In this document: piece by piece, positions 33,838 to 43,442 of the stretch | Layout of the letters: every line of letters starts with the position of its first letter | Numbering within the stretch: position 1 is the stretch's first letter | Virus record (IMG/VR): IMGVR_UViG_3300047469_000395 | Span: 6,644 to 70,643 of that record | Source: a virus | DNA: 64,000 nucleotides | Reading direction: 5' to 3' (one strand) | The notes under the pieces: generated by a model | The model's input: the letters and a program-made list of their open reading frames with translations, nothing else | Told to the model about the DNA's origin: nothing | The model's database searches: none | Translations under genes and position numbers: made by a program

Positions 33838-34200
33838 TCACTCCGCGTACCGTAGTAGCGACGCGGTGATGACCTCGAGATGAACTGGCTTTAACAGGTA
33901 GGCATCAAAGTCAGCCATCGCAGCGAGCGGGTTTGTTGGCTCAAAAGGAGTTGCCGAGACTGCTACGAGACTGAGATGCTTGCGAGACGCGGATAGTCTC
34001 CTGATGTGACATGCGAGCACGTAGCCATCAAGATCGGGCAGCCTTATGTCCAGGACGATGGCATCATATTCATTCGCAGTTGCAAGGTTTAGTGCGCGAT
34101 AGCCAGAGTGTGCCAGCTCCACCTTGTGGCCAAGCAATGCAAAATACTCACCATAGAGCTCGGCCGTATCGGAATTGTCGTCTACGAACAGCAAGCGCAT
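33838..34200 (-). CDS. Stand-alone response regulator receiver (CheY-like)
   Basis: LFVDD, DAIVLDIRLPDLDGY, VAVSA, YLLKPV. Confidence 0.9.
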   Translation of the reverse strand: MRLLFVDDNSDTAELYGEYFALLGHKVELAHSGYRALNLATANEYDAIVLDIRLPDLDGYVLACHIRRLSASRKHLSLVAVSATPFEPTNPLAAMADFDAYLLKPVHLEVITASLLRYAE

Positions 34201-34340
34201 CGGGAAGTCCTATTGAGTTTGGTCGACCATAGTACCATTCTGGTCGTTATCGGCTTGATTCAATTGCAAGGCTGCGTGATTTTACTGATCGCCGATCACA
34301 ATCTTGTTTGCGGAGGATTGCGCAGCGCCGCTTCCCTGGC

Positions 34341-34530
34341 CTGTTGCCGCCGAATCTGTGAGCCGCGCTCATGCGTATAAATAAGACACGGCGCGTACCT
34401 GCCATCGCACCCCAGCGGCATGGCTTGCAAAAGCGGGTGCAGTTCGCCGACGAAACATGACCAGGTGGGTCCGGCTGCCGGGTGCAGAAGATCGTGCCCT
34501 GCGGTTCCAGCCCGGAGCGGGCGGCGACAG
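34341..34530 (+). ncRNA. Structured RNA candidate
   Basis: 11-bp long-range stem CTGTTGCCGCC/GGCGGCGACAG enclosing several hairpins. Confidence 0.4.
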
Positions 34531-34541
34531 CGAGGTGAATT

Positions 34542-34787
34542 ATGAATAAACATCAACACCACACGAACAACGGCGTGCTCGGCGCGCCGAAGGGCTGGGA
34601 CCAGGCGCAGCTGCCATGCGACGCGCTGCCGATCAGCCGTATCGAGGTGGAGGGCATGCCTGCTGTGGTGAGCTACTGGAAGCCGTCCGAGAACGAGCTG
34701 GCCATGCTGGCCGCCGGCGGGTCAGTCGCGCTGACCATGCTGGGCGTGACGATGCCGCCTGTGATGCTGGCGGTCGACCCGCTGTAA
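34542..34787 (+). CDS. Hypothetical phage protein
   Basis: GAGG RBS; GAPKGWD..C.ALP..SYWKPS..EL..L..GG. Confidence 0.75.
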   Translation: MNKHQHHTNNGVLGAPKGWDQAQLPCDALPISRIEVEGMPAVVSYWKPSENELAMLAAGGSVALTMLGVTMPPVMLAVDPL

Positions 34788-35431
34788 TGGCGAAGAAGGC
34801 CGCCGCGCCCGTCCAGTCCCGGCCGCTGCCGCCGCAGAGCTACACCGACCCACTGAGTGCTCGCTACGCGCCGGCGCCGGAGGTGCTGAACTGGGCGAGG
34901 GCCGAGATCCTCACCGAAGGCGGCCAGCTGCACAATCCCGACCACGCCCACCTGGAGTACTGCGACGTGCAGTTCCTGTGGGCGCCGGGCGGCTTTAACA
35001 AGCAGGGCCGCACCGTGATCGGCCAGTGCGAAGAGATGCTGTTCCGCTGTGGACCGTGGCAGAAGGGCCGCCAGCAACAGCAGATGGCCGACTGTTTCGG
35101 CATGGTGCCGGATTACCTGATCACCCTGGACGCCAGCTATTGCCTGACCTGCAGCGACGCGGAGTTCTGCGCGCTGGTCGAGCACGAGCTGTATCACATC
35201 GGCCAGGAGCGCGATCTCTTCGGCGGCCCGGCATTCACCAAGGACGGATTGCCCAAGCTGATGATTCGCGGGCACGACGTCGAGGAGTTCGTCGGCGTGG
35301 TCCGCCGCTACGGTGTGGGCCATCCAGACGGCACGCTGGCCCAGCTGGTTGCCGCTGCAAACGCCGCCCCCGAGGTGGCAAAGATCAATATTGCGAGGGC
35401 GTGCGGTACCTGTCTGCTGAAGGCGGCTTGA
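34787..35431 (+). CDS. Putative phage metallopeptidase
   Basis: VEHELYHIGQ (HExxH), HDVEEFVGVVRRYG. Confidence 0.85.
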   Translation: MAKKAAAPVQSRPLPPQSYTDPLSARYAPAPEVLNWARAEILTEGGQLHNPDHAHLEYCDVQFLWAPGGFNKQGRTVIGQCEEMLFRCGPWQKGRQQQQMADCFGMVPDYLITLDASYCLTCSDAEFCALVEHELYHIGQERDLFGGPAFTKDGLPKLMIRGHDVEEFVGVVRRYGVGHPDGTLAQLVAAANAAPEVAKINIARACGTCLLKAA

Positions 35432-35463
35432 CATTGACGGCCCCTTGACGGAAGGCAATCCCC

Positions 35464-35943
35464 ATGGCGGCACTCAAGGATGACGTAAAAGCCTTCATTG
35501 TGCAGGCCCTGGCGTGCTTCGACAAGCCGACCCAGGTTGTCACGTCGGTCAAGGAGCAATTCAAGCTCGACGTCACCCGCCAGCAGGTGGAGACTTACGA
35601 CCCGACGAAGTACGCCGGCCGGACGCTGAACATCAAGTGGCGCACGCTGTTTGATGACACGCGCAAGCGCTTCCGCGAGGAGACGGCCGAGATCGGTATC
35701 GCCAATCGCGCCGCGCGGCTGCGCGCTCTGGACCGAATGGCCGACAAGGCGGAGTCGAAGGGCAACCTGCCGCTGGCCATGCAGATCATCGAGCAGGCCG
35801 CCAAGGAAGTCGGCGACGTCTACGTGAACCGCCGACTGGATCCGCCAAAAGCACCGGTGGGCACCCAGGAAGGCGGTATTCCCGCCGCGCCGGAGTATGT
35901 GCTGAAGCCTGACGAAGATGTCCCAGACCAGCCCATACTCTGA
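35464..35943 (+). CDS. Terminase small subunit (DUF2280 family)
   Basis: MAALKDDVKAFIVQALACFD.P..V; directly upstream of TerL. Confidence 0.8.
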   Translation: MAALKDDVKAFIVQALACFDKPTQVVTSVKEQFKLDVTRQQVETYDPTKYAGRTLNIKWRTLFDDTRKRFREETAEIGIANRAARLRALDRMADKAESKGNLPLAMQIIEQAAKEVGDVYVNRRLDPPKAPVGTQEGGIPAAPEYVLKPDEDVPDQPIL

Positions 35944-37237
35944 TCCGCCGGTAAAGCTGACGCCGAAGCAGGCGAATATCTACTGCTGGGGATTCCAGAA
36001 GAAGGCCCGCTTCCGCGACGCGGTGTGCGGCCGCCGCTTCGGCAAGACGTTCCTGGGCAAGGCCGAGATTCGCCGCGCGGTGCGGCTGGCCGCCAAGTGG
36101 AACGTCAGCGTCGAGGATGAGATCTGGTACGGCGCGCCGACCTTCAAGCAGGCGAAGCGCGTTTTCTGGCGCCGGCTGAAGCAGGCGATTCCGGCCAGCT
36201 GGCGCGCAAGCAAGCCGAACGAGACCGAATGCTCGATCACGACGAAGGCTGGTCACGTGGTCCGCATCGTCGGCCTGGATTCATACGACAACCTGCGCGG
36301 CTCGGGCCTGTTCTTCGCGCTGGTGGACGAATGGGCGGATTGCCCATACGAGGCATGGGAAGAAGTGCTGCGCCCGATGCTGTCGACCTGTAAGTACGAG
36401 ATCGAGGGTGAGCAGCGGGTCGGCGGTCATGCGCTGCGGATCGGCACGCCGAAGGGCTTCAACCACTGCTACGACAGCTATCTGGACGGCCAGGGCCGCG
36501 AACCGGATCACAAGAGCTGGCTCTACACCTCGGTCGATGGCGGCAACGTTCCGTCGGAAGAGATCGAGGCGGCGCGGCGCAAGATGGACCCGCGCACGTT
36601 CCGGCAAGAGTACCTGGCCAGCTTCGAGAACTACCAGGGCGTCATCTATTACTGCTTCGACCGGCGGAAGAATCACACGGACGATACGGTCAAGCCCGGC
36701 GATGCGCTGCACATCGGCATGGACTTTAACGTCGGGAAAATGGCCGCGGTGGTCTACGTGATCCGCGACAGCGTGCCGCGTGCGGTTGACGAGTTCGCGG
36801 AAGTGTTCGACACGCCGGCGATGATCCAGAAGATCAAGGAGCGCTACCAGCAGGCCGGCCAGCAGCACGTCATTGCGGTGTACCCGGATGCATCCGGCCA
36901 GAACCGTAAGACCAGCGGCGCGAGCGATTCGGACCTGTCGCTGCTGCGCGCAGCGAAATTTACGGTGGTCGTCGATTCGACCAACCCGTCGGTCAAGGAC
37001 CGCATCAACAGCATGAACGCCATGCTGTGCAACACATACGACGAGCGCCGCTTCCTGGTCAACACGAACAAGTGCCAGAAGTACACGCTCTGCCTTGAGC
37101 GCCAGATCTACAACGACAAGGGCGAGCCGGACAAGAAGGGTGGATTCGACCACATGAACGATGCAGGCGGCTACTTCATTACGAAGCGCTGGCCCGTCGT
37201 CAAGCGCACCGGATCGTCCGAAGCGCTCAGAATTTAA
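35918..37237 (+). CDS. Terminase large subunit
   Basis: GRRFGKT Walker A, LVDE, GTPKG, GMDFN, DHMNDA. Confidence 0.93.
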   Translation: MSQTSPYSDPPVKLTPKQANIYCWGFQKKARFRDAVCGRRFGKTFLGKAEIRRAVRLAAKWNVSVEDEIWYGAPTFKQAKRVFWRRLKQAIPASWRASKPNETECSITTKAGHVVRIVGLDSYDNLRGSGLFFALVDEWADCPYEAWEEVLRPMLSTCKYEIEGEQRVGGHALRIGTPKGFNHCYDSYLDGQGREPDHKSWLYTSVDGGNVPSEEIEAARRKMDPRTFRQEYLASFENYQGVIYYCFDRRKNHTDDTVKPGDALHIGMDFNVGKMAAVVYVIRDSVPRAVDEFAEVFDTPAMIQKIKERYQQAGQQHVIAVYPDASGQNRKTSGASDSDLSLLRAAKFTVVVDSTNPSVKDRINSMNAMLCNTYDERRFLVNTNKCQKYTLCLERQIYNDKGEPDKKGGFDHMNDAGGYFITKRWPVVKRTGSSEALRI

Positions 37238-37248
37238 GCAAGGAAGCC

Positions 37249-38709
37249 ATGGCCAAGGTCAACGACATTTCAGCTGCGGTCGCGGCAATGCAGGAAGACT
37301 GGGCCAAGATCGATGCGCTGGTCGGCGGCACGAAGGCGATGCGCGCGGCCGGCGTCAAGTTCTTGCCGAAGTTCCCGGCGGAAGACCAGGAGAGCTACGA
37401 CTACCGCCTGGCGACGTCGACCTTGTTCAATGGTCTGGGCCGCACGCTGGAGAACATGGCCGCCAAGCCGTTCGCCGAGGCGATCACCTACACGGATATC
37501 GACCCGGCCGTCGAGGAGTGGCTGGAGAACATCGACCTCAGTGGCAACAATCTGATCGTGTTCGCGCACAGCGTGTTCACCGAGGGCATGGCGAAGGGGC
37601 TGACCCACATCCTGGTCGACATGCCGTCCACGGTCGATGCCGAGGGCCGCCAGAAGTACATCACCAAGGCCGACGAGAAGGCCGCCGGCCTGCGCCCATA
37701 CATGATCCACGTCAAGCCCGGCCAGGTGCTGGGCTGGCGCAGCCAGAAGGGCGCGGATGGCGTCGAGCGCCTCACCATGCTGCGCATGATGGAGTGCATC
37801 GAGGAGGATGACGGCGAGTTCGGCGTAAAGTCGGTGCCGCAGGTGCGCGTGCTGATTCCGGGCGCCTGGGCCACGTATCGTGAGGACAAGCAGAAGAAGG
37901 GCGAGTGGGTGCTTTTCGAAGAAGGTCGCACCTCGATCGACTTCATCCCACTGGTCACGTTCTACACGAAACGCACCGGATTCATGACCGCCGTGCCGCC
38001 GCTGCTGGACCTGGCCGACCTGAACATCAAGCACTGGCAGTCGTCCAGCGATCAGGACAGCATCCTGCATACCGCGCGCGTGCCGATCCTGTCGATCAGC
38101 GGCCTGCAAGACGACGACAAGGTCGAAATCGGCGCGAAATCGTTCCTTCGGCTGCCGATGGGCGCGGAGGCAAAGTATGTCGAGCATACCGGCGCCGCTA
38201 TCGATGCTGGCCGGGTGTCGCTGCAGGATCTGGAAAACCAGATGCGCGCCATGGGTGCCGAACTGCTGGTCGAGACGCAGGTGGCCAGCACCGCGACCCA
38301 GAACAACATCGAGGACGGCGAGGCCAAATGCCAGCTGTCGCGTATGGTGCAGTCCGAAGAGGACACGCTCGACAACGCCCTGGACATGATGCACCGCTGG
38401 ATGAATCTCGAATACAAGGGCGCGGTCGACATCTACGACGACTTCTCGTCCGATGCGATCCTGGCCACGGCCGGCCCGTTCGTTCTGGCGCTGATCCAGC
38501 TGGTGAACAACGGGCTGCTGGACAAGGAATCGGCCTTTGAAGAGATGCAGCGCTACGGCATCATCAATCCAGACAAAGTATGGGAGGACGTGCAGGCGAA
38601 ACTGGAGCTGGAAGGGCCTGTGTTCGGCGTGCCGATGCCCGGTGCTCAGCCGCCGGCACCTTCGCCCGCACCGACTCCAGCGCCAGCACCAGCCCTGGCC
38701 GGTGAATAA
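37249..38709 (+). CDS. Portal protein (DUF4055 family)
   Basis: After TerL; GGTKAMR..G..FLP..P.E, PPLLDLA.LNI.HWQ. Confidence 0.85.
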   Translation: MAKVNDISAAVAAMQEDWAKIDALVGGTKAMRAAGVKFLPKFPAEDQESYDYRLATSTLFNGLGRTLENMAAKPFAEAITYTDIDPAVEEWLENIDLSGNNLIVFAHSVFTEGMAKGLTHILVDMPSTVDAEGRQKYITKADEKAAGLRPYMIHVKPGQVLGWRSQKGADGVERLTMLRMMECIEEDDGEFGVKSVPQVRVLIPGAWATYREDKQKKGEWVLFEEGRTSIDFIPLVTFYTKRTGFMTAVPPLLDLADLNIKHWQSSSDQDSILHTARVPILSISGLQDDDKVEIGAKSFLRLPMGAEAKYVEHTGAAIDAGRVSLQDLENQMRAMGAELLVETQVASTATQNNIEDGEAKCQLSRMVQSEEDTLDNALDMMHRWMNLEYKGAVDIYDDFSSDAILATAGPFVLALIQLVNNGLLDKESAFEEMQRYGIINPDKVWEDVQAKLELEGPVFGVPMPGAQPPAPSPAPTPAPAPALAGE

Positions 38710-39857
38710 TGAGCGCCCTCGAAGAGTGGTTGCTTGAGGTACTGCTCGGCAACGGCATCAAGATGCTGCGCGCCGAGGCGGAGATAAAGGCCAAGGTGCT
38801 GGCCCTGCTGGTGCTGATGCAGAAAGACCTGGTCGGCATGCTGTCGAACGCCGGCGAACTGTCGGTGATGGGCAAGCAGGCCAAGGCCGCGCTGCTGCGC
38901 GAGTCGAACGACCTGATCGCCAGCTATTACGGCAAGGCGCTGGTGCAGCTGGACCTGTTTGGCGTGGCCGAGGTCGAATCACTGGGCGTGCGGAAGGCGC
39001 TGGCGGCCGTGATCGAGCGCGCGGCGCCAGGCCACATCAGCGCCGAGGTGCGCCTGGGCCTGAGCATGCCGTCGGAGACCTACCTGAAGAAGCTGGTCAG
39101 CGACGTGCTGATCCAGGGTTCGCCCGCCAAGAACTGGTGGCTTCGCCAGCAGCAGGACACGCAGTTCAAGGTGGCGACCCAGATCCGGATCGGCGCCGCG
39201 CAGGGCGAGACGAATGCGCAGATCATCAAGCGCATCGTCGGCGAAGAGGCCAAGGTCGTGCCGGCCGTGGCCGCGCCCACCGCCAAGGCGCCGACACCGG
39301 AGATTCAGCCGGGTGTGCCTGGCGTGATGCCGCTGGCGAAGAAGAACGCCGCCGCAATCGTGCAGACCAGCATGGCAACCGTCTCCGCCGCCGCGCGCCG
39401 CGCCACGCTGGAACTGAACAAGGATGTGACCAACGGCTTCATGCAGGTCAGCACCCTGGATAGCCACACCAGCCTGACGTGCATCGCCTACAGCGGAGCC
39501 TGCTGGAACTGGGACTACGAGCCGATCAACGGCAACGACCTGCCATGGAACGGCGGCGTGCCGCGTCACTGGAATTGCCGCAGCGCCGAGATCGCGCTGA
39601 TGAAGACCCTGCGCGAGATGGGCATCGACATGGACGAGCCGGAGCCTGTCCAGCGCGCTTCGGCCGCCGGCCCGATCAGCGCGAAGTCCACTTTTGCCGA
39701 CTTCCTCAAGATGATGGGGCCGGCGTACCAGGACGAATCGCTGGGCAAGGGCAGGGCGGAGCTGTTCCGCGCCGGCAAGCTCACCCCGCGCGAGCTAGTC
39801 GACGCGTCGGGTCGACCGCTGAAGCTGTCGCAGCTCAAGGAGGAGTACTCGAAGTGA
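38709..39857 (+). CDS. Minor head morphogenesis protein (Mu F/SPP1 gp7-like)
   Basis: STLDSHTSLTC...P.HWNCRS. Confidence 0.85.
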   Translation: MSALEEWLLEVLLGNGIKMLRAEAEIKAKVLALLVLMQKDLVGMLSNAGELSVMGKQAKAALLRESNDLIASYYGKALVQLDLFGVAEVESLGVRKALAAVIERAAPGHISAEVRLGLSMPSETYLKKLVSDVLIQGSPAKNWWLRQQQDTQFKVATQIRIGAAQGETNAQIIKRIVGEEAKVVPAVAAPTAKAPTPEIQPGVPGVMPLAKKNAAAIVQTSMATVSAAARRATLELNKDVTNGFMQVSTLDSHTSLTCIAYSGACWNWDYEPINGNDLPWNGGVPRHWNCRSAEIALMKTLREMGIDMDEPEPVQRASAAGPISAKSTFADFLKMMGPAYQDESLGKGRAELFRAGKLTPRELVDASGRPLKLSQLKEEYSK

Positions 39858-39872
39858 TGTAGAATTTGGCGC

Positions 39873-40085
39873 ATGACCTTCGATGCCAAATCTCTGCTGA
39901 ACGCGCCGCTGCCGCTGGACCTGACCGTCGATCGGCTTGCCGCTGCGCTCGCACAGTTGCAATTGATGGGGCTGGGCGGCGCTCAAGTACGACTCCCTGA
40001 TGGAGCCTCGATCCGAAAGGTCGAGCTGGTAGCGCACGGCGAGGAGCCAGCGCACCTCATCCTCAAACGCACGACGGGGTCGTAG
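39873..40085 (+). CDS. Hypothetical protein
   Basis: 70 aa after the MuF-like gene. Confidence 0.55.
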   Translation: MTFDAKSLLNAPLPLDLTVDRLAAALAQLQLMGLGGAQVRLPDGASIRKVELVAHGEEPAHLILKRTTGS

Positions 40086-40088
40086 TAA

Positions 40089-40358
40089 GTGGCATCCGTC
40101 AGCCTCATTACACTGGGATTAGGCCGCGTGCCAGGGCTCGAACATCTCGACGAGTGGAACGTGGAAGCATATCAGCGTGGATATTCAATCGAATTGCTCA
40201 TTGATATTGAACTCCATGAAGTCGCGCTTTTGACTTTACACACCCCGGTTTTCAGAGCGCTCGTGGATTACGAGCCTGTAGATGTTCGGTTTGTTGGTGA
40301 ACCTTACCCCATCAGAGTCCGTGGGCGCATATTCGTGCGATTGTTAATCGTTAGTTAA
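40089..40358 (+). CDS. Hypothetical protein (lower GC)
   Basis: 89 aa followed by two terminator-like hairpins. Confidence 0.5.
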   Translation: MASVSLITLGLGRVPGLEHLDEWNVEAYQRGYSIELLIDIELHEVALLTLHTPVFRALVDYEPVDVRFVGEPYPIRVRGRIFVRLLIVS

Positions 40359-40523
40359 TATTTGATTGTTTCGAACGAAGCCTCCCAGGCAACTTGGCGG
40401 CTTTTTTTAAGCCCACAGATTTACCAGACCGCCCTTGAGGCGGTTTTTTTATGCCGCAAGCGGACGCGACGCGGTGCTCGGCCGGAAGGCCATCGATAGG
40501 GCGGATGCCCGGAAAGTCAGACC

Positions 40524-41333
40524 ATGCCATACAAATTCAATGCCGACGGCACCATCGCCATGGACGCCGAGAAGAAGCTGCCGATCTTCGTCCACCCGAA
40601 CGGCACGGAGGCGCCTTTTGACGCCGACAGCACGCTGGGAACCATCACCAAGCTGAACGGCGAGGCGAAGGGCCACCGCGAGCGCGCCGAGGCCGCCGAA
40701 ACCAAGCTGAAGACCTTCGATGGCATCGAAGACGGCGTGGCCGCGCTGGCCGCCCTGAACACCGTAAAGAGCCTGAGCGTCGGAGACCTGAAGACTGCTG
40801 CCCAGGTCAAGGAAATCCAAGACGCGGCAGCAAAGACCGCTCAAGAGCAGGTCGCTGCCCAAGCCAAGGCAAACGCGACCCAAATTCAAGAGCTGAGCGC
40901 GCAGCTGGAAAAGCGCACCAACGAACTGAACACCCACATGATCGGCGGCGGCTTCGCCAGCTCGAAGCTATTCACCGATGACAAGCATCCGGCGCGTCTG
41001 CAAATTCATCCTGAGATGGCAAAGGCATATTTCGGTGCCAACTTCAAGGTCGAAGACGGCAAAATGGTCCCTTACGACGCTGCTGGTAACAAGATCTTTT
41101 CGCCGACCCGCCCCGGCGAGATCGCAGACTTTGACGAGGGCTTGACCCATCTGGTGCAAGCCTGCCCATTCAAGGACCAGATCCTGAAAGCCAGCGGCGC
41201 TTCCGGTGGCGGCGCCCAAGGCGGCAAGGGCGCCGCCGGTGCGGCGAAACAAGTCACGCGCGCTCAGTACGAAGCCGCCGATCCATCCGCGCGCCCAGGC
41301 CTGCTGGCCGGCGGCGCCGTACTGGTCGACTGA
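40524..41333 (+). CDS. Head scaffolding protein (DUF6651-like)
   Basis: LNGEAKGHRE coiled coil; IGGGFASSK, FKVEDGK, PGEIADFDE; precedes capsid gene. Confidence 0.75.
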   Translation: MPYKFNADGTIAMDAEKKLPIFVHPNGTEAPFDADSTLGTITKLNGEAKGHRERAEAAETKLKTFDGIEDGVAALAALNTVKSLSVGDLKTAAQVKEIQDAAAKTAQEQVAAQAKANATQIQELSAQLEKRTNELNTHMIGGGFASSKLFTDDKHPARLQIHPEMAKAYFGANFKVEDGKMVPYDAAGNKIFSPTRPGEIADFDEGLTHLVQACPFKDQILKASGASGGGAQGGKGAAGAAKQVTRAQYEAADPSARPGLLAGGAVLVD

Positions 41334-41352
41334 TTGACCATTCTGCTTCACC

Positions 41353-41382
41353 GAAGGCCTGCCACTGAGCAGGCCTTTTTTG
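41353..41382 (+). terminator. Terminator-like hairpin between scaffold and capsid genes
   Basis: AAGGCCTGC-CACTGA-GCAGGCCTT then T-run. Confidence 0.65.
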
Positions 41383-41495
41383 TATCCGCAGCACCTGCAA
41401 CACATAGCCAACGCCTGGATGGGGGTTGGTGCTTTGGGCTGGATGGCCTGTCTGCTTCGCATATTCCAAACCACCAACTTCCAAAAGGCTACACC

Positions 41496-42860
41496 ATGAA
41501 GAAAACCATGCTGTCGGTCATGGCGCTGTGCGCTCTGGCCCTTTCCTCGGCCGCTCACGCGGTCACCGCCTTCGGTCACAAGGCCTGCGATGTTGTCGCG
41601 GCCGTACCAGCGAAGGCTGAGTTCTGCGCGCGCGTTGCGGCGGAAATTGGCTACCGCTACCTGTGGAACTACTCGGCGAGCACCGGCATCATGCTGGGCG
41701 CCAACAACCTGACCGGCCTGATCACCTCGATCTATAACGCGATGGACGTCGTGTCCCGCGAGCAGGTCGGTATGATCCCTGCAGTCACGGCGGACATGAC
41801 GTTCGCCCGCGCCGCAGTCGGCCAGACCGTTACGTCGCCAGTCGCGCCAGCCGCGACCGCGACCGACATCACGCCCGCCGTGACGCCGCCTAATGATGGC
41901 GATCAGAACATGGGCAACAAGTCGGTGACGCTGACCAAGGCCCGCCGCGTGCCGATCCGCTGGAATGGTGAAGAAAAGCTGGCACTGGACAACAACGGCG
42001 CCAGCTACAACATCATCCTGCGCGATCAGATCGCCCAAGGCATGCGCACGCTGTGCAACGAGGTCGAGTCCGATCTGGCAGCGCTGCACGTCAAGGCATC
42101 GCGCGCCTATGGCACCCCAGGCACCGCGCCATTCGGCACTGCGGCTGACCTGAGCGATACCGCCGGCGCGCTGCGCATTCTGGAAGACAATGGCGCTCAA
42201 GGTCTCGACTTCCAGCTGGTGCTGGGTTCGGCCGCCATGCAAAACATGCGTGGCAAGCAGTCGGGTCTGTTCAAGGTGAACGAGGCCGGCCGCGAAGATA
42301 TGCTGCGCAACGGCATCACCGACCGCCTGCAAAACTTCGCGCTGCGCCAGTCGGGCCAGATCAAGCGCCCGGCGGCCGGTACTGCTGCCGGCGCGACCAC
42401 CAACGCGGCTGGCTATCCTGTTGGTGCCACCGTCATCACTCTGGCCGCTGCGGGCACTGGCTCCCAGCTGGCCGGCGACGTGATCCAGTTTGCTGGCGAT
42501 ACCAACAAGTATGTGGTGTCGAGCGGCGATGCGAGCTCGGCTGACGGCGGCACGATTACGCTGGCGGCACCGGGCCTGCAACAGGCGATCCCAGCAGCCG
42601 CGACCGCGATCACGGTGGTTGCTGCGGGCTACCGCAATATGTTCTTCGCCCGCTCGGCCATCGTGCTGGCGACCCGCGTGCCGGCACTGCCGGCACAGGG
42701 TGATTCGGCTGTCGATCGCACCATCGTGACCGACCCGATCTCGGGCCTGTCGTTTGAGATTAGCATGTACATGCAGTACCGTCAGGTGCAGCTGGAGATC
42801 GCGCTGGTCTGGGGCGTGGGTTCGGCCAAGGATGAGCACATCGGCATCCTGCTGGGCTAA
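41496..42860 (+). CDS. Major capsid protein (P22 coat-like) with N-terminal signal-peptide-like extension
   Basis: ANNLTGLI..IY.AMDVVSRE.VG.IPAV, ..DPISGLSFE...Y.QYRQV..EI...WG; alternative start 41691. Confidence 0.85.
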   Translation: MKKTMLSVMALCALALSSAAHAVTAFGHKACDVVAAVPAKAEFCARVAAEIGYRYLWNYSASTGIMLGANNLTGLITSIYNAMDVVSREQVGMIPAVTADMTFARAAVGQTVTSPVAPAATATDITPAVTPPNDGDQNMGNKSVTLTKARRVPIRWNGEEKLALDNNGASYNIILRDQIAQGMRTLCNEVESDLAALHVKASRAYGTPGTAPFGTAADLSDTAGALRILEDNGAQGLDFQLVLGSAAMQNMRGKQSGLFKVNEAGREDMLRNGITDRLQNFALRQSGQIKRPAAGTAAGATTNAAGYPVGATVITLAAAGTGSQLAGDVIQFAGDTNKYVVSSGDASSADGGTITLAAPGLQQAIPAAATAITVVAAGYRNMFFARSAIVLATRVPALPAQGDSAVDRTIVTDPISGLSFEISMYMQYRQVQLEIALVWGVGSAKDEHIGILLG

Positions 42861-42914
42861 TCAATCAACGCTACCCGGCGGCCAGCGCGGCGCCGGGCAA
42901 CCTGCGAGAACAAC

Positions 42915-43376
42915 ATGACCACCATCAAAATCAAATCGAGCCATCCGAGTCAGGGTGAATTCGTCGTCATCAACGCGGCCGACTTCGACGCCGAGAAGCA
43001 CGAGCCGTTCGATCAGGAGTCATATGACGCGCTGCGCGTCGCGATTCAGTCCGGCGGCCTGGCGCCGTCGGCGCCGGAGATTCTGGCAGCACGTGACCAA
43101 CTGCTGGCTCGCTCGGGCGAGTTGGATGACCGCGAACTGCAAATCAATCAGCGCGCTCTGTCGCTCGACGATCGCGAGCAGCAGCTGGTAGAGCGCGAGC
43201 AGGCGAATGCGGCCGAAGCCCAGCGCTTGGCCGATCTGGCCGCTGCCCGCGCCGCCGCGCCGGACTACAGCACGATGTCCAAGGACGAACTGCATGCCGC
43301 GCTGACCGCGAAGGGCACGCCGTTCCCGGCCGCAGCCAACAAGGCTGACCTGATCGCGCTGCTGACCGCCGCGTAA
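42915..43376 (+). CDS. Capsid-linked protein with coiled coil and C-terminal HeH/LEM-like domain
   Basis: MSKDELHAALTAKG..F..AANKADLIALL. Confidence 0.7.
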   Translation: MTTIKIKSSHPSQGEFVVINAADFDAEKHEPFDQESYDALRVAIQSGGLAPSAPEILAARDQLLARSGELDDRELQINQRALSLDDREQQLVEREQANAAEAQRLADLAAARAAAPDYSTMSKDELHAALTAKGTPFPAAANKADLIALLTAA

Positions 43377-43442
43377 TCCCGCGCCGCTCCACCGCCAGCC
43401 TGCCGCGTGCGGGCTTTTTCCATTCCACCGCCGAGATAGCCA

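Noticed and set aside
41334-41495. ORF-track start of the capsid ORF at 41334
   Set aside because: Region contains a terminator and leader hairpins and lacks an RBS; 41496 or 41691 are more plausible.
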